Assembly: GCA_045614025.1 (NCBI GenBank)
Contig: JAZLCE010000013.1
Coordinates: 40,272-104,271, forward strand
Source: Alphaproteobacteria bacterium
Lineage (GTDB): Bacteria; Pseudomonadota; Alphaproteobacteria; CAAHEQ01; UBA3637
Length of the DNA: 64,000 bases
Direction of reading: 5' to 3'
The notes under the pieces were generated by a model that saw only the letters and a program-made list of their open reading frames with translations, had not been told where the DNA came from and did no database searches. A program made the position numbers and the translations under genes. Positions 63,373 through 64,000 of the stretch are shown piece by piece. Numbering within the stretch: position 1 is the stretch's first letter; each line of letters begins with the position of its first letter.

Positions 63373-64000
63373 ATGACAATGAACGAGCAAATACCTGTTA
63401 AAAAGAAACAAGGTCAAGATTTATCTGAAGAAGCCGTTAAAGAAAGACGTTATCTTTGGATGGCGCGCACTTTTGCGCTTGTTTTAGTTGTTTCTTCATT
63501 AACAACCATTATGCTTATTAGCGCTCTTATTTCCTTAATGCCGATTGTAAGAGTGCAACCGTTTTTTTTAACAACACTAAATAAGAATGAGCAAGTTATC
63601 AATGTTGTTCGTCCAAACTTCAGCCAAATGAATATGCAAACACTGACTGAATCTTTTATAAGACAGTATTTGCTTTCCTATTTTAGCGTTGGATCAAATA
63701 TTCAAGAACTTGAACGGCGCACAGGTATTGATGGCGAAATTAACTGGATGAGCGAAAGCACTGTTTATTCAAGATTTATTGAATATGCAGAAGATTGGAT
63801 TAAACAAGCCAAAGAAGAAGGATTAACTCGTAATGTTAAAATTTTAGTTGTTAATCCTTATCGTTCCAATAGAAATGAAAACATTTGGCGTGCGGAAGTT
63901 GAATTTACAGAAATGAAACACTTATCAAGTGAACCAAAAAAATCAAGATGGGTGGTTACAATGAATGTTGCTTTTAGACCCACAAGAGAAGGTTTAACTT
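63373..64000 (+). CDS. virB8: VirB8-family type IV secretion protein (3' end outside window)
   Basis: Open to the window end, so absent from the ORF track. 'KERRYLWMARTFALVLVVSSLTTIMLISALISLMPIVRVQPFFL' matches the VirB8 pattern of basic N-terminus, TM and 'L.P.k.v.Py'. It continues with 'TESFIRQYLLSYF' and 'WRAEVEF....RWVVTMNVAF'. Confidence 0.75.
   Translation, partial: MTMNEQIPVKKKQGQDLSEEAVKERRYLWMARTFALVLVVSSLTTIMLISALISLMPIVRVQPFFLTTLNKNEQVINVVRPNFSQMNMQTLTESFIRQYLLSYFSVGSNIQELERRTGIDGEINWMSESTVYSRFIEYAEDWIKQAKEEGLTRNVKILVVNPYRSNRNENIWRAEVEFTEMKHLSSEPKKSRWVVTMNVAFRPTREGLT

Overview
AT-rich (roughly one-third G+C by eye) chromosomal segment with alphaproteobacterial gene content and order. 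It most resembles a host-associated Rickettsiales/Holosporales-like lineage, but I cannot name the organism from sequence alone. About 70 tightly packed genes are present, mostly housekeeping: maf / RNase-G-like / yacG, tRNA-Phe and tRNA-Glu, mscL, mnmG, mnmE-engB-yidC-yidD-rnpA-rpmH, yceD/bamE, a PpiC-type PPIase, mtaB-ftsY, miaB, phoH-ybeY-corC, ftsEX, plsC, anmK, uvrD, hpf-ptsN, hemW, lpoA/rsmI-yraN-BON, tlyC, aroK, xerD, lptG-lptD-surA and folD. I saw no rRNA, CRISPR array, IS/transposase or prophage. Accessory content falls into six groups. (1) At 56.8-64.0 kb, a translationally coupled six-gene operon of signal-peptide proteins with no recognisable family runs directly into a virB8-like / VirB7-like lipoprotein / virB8 module, an rvh-style type IV secretion locus that continues past the window end. 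Four of the six proteins look like divergent VirB5/TrbJ-type proteins. This is my best candidate for an undescribed system. (2) A single 1090-codon ORF joins an LptF/G-type permease in frame to LptD. (3) A surface-protein patch at 32.6-39.2 kb holds a small 4 x 13-aa repeat protein, a 1276-aa Pmp-repeat autotransporter and a mucin-like Ser/Thr/Pro tandem-repeat protein with a Cys-rich tail. (4) A polytopic-membrane + HEAT-repeat protein and a stand-alone cNMP-binding protein sit downstream of ftsY. (5) An orphan gene pair lies at 13.8-15.3 kb. (6) A Sel1-repeat gene is interrupted by one in-frame TAA. All calls come from reading the supplied ORF translations and the DNA by eye; no searches or computations were run.
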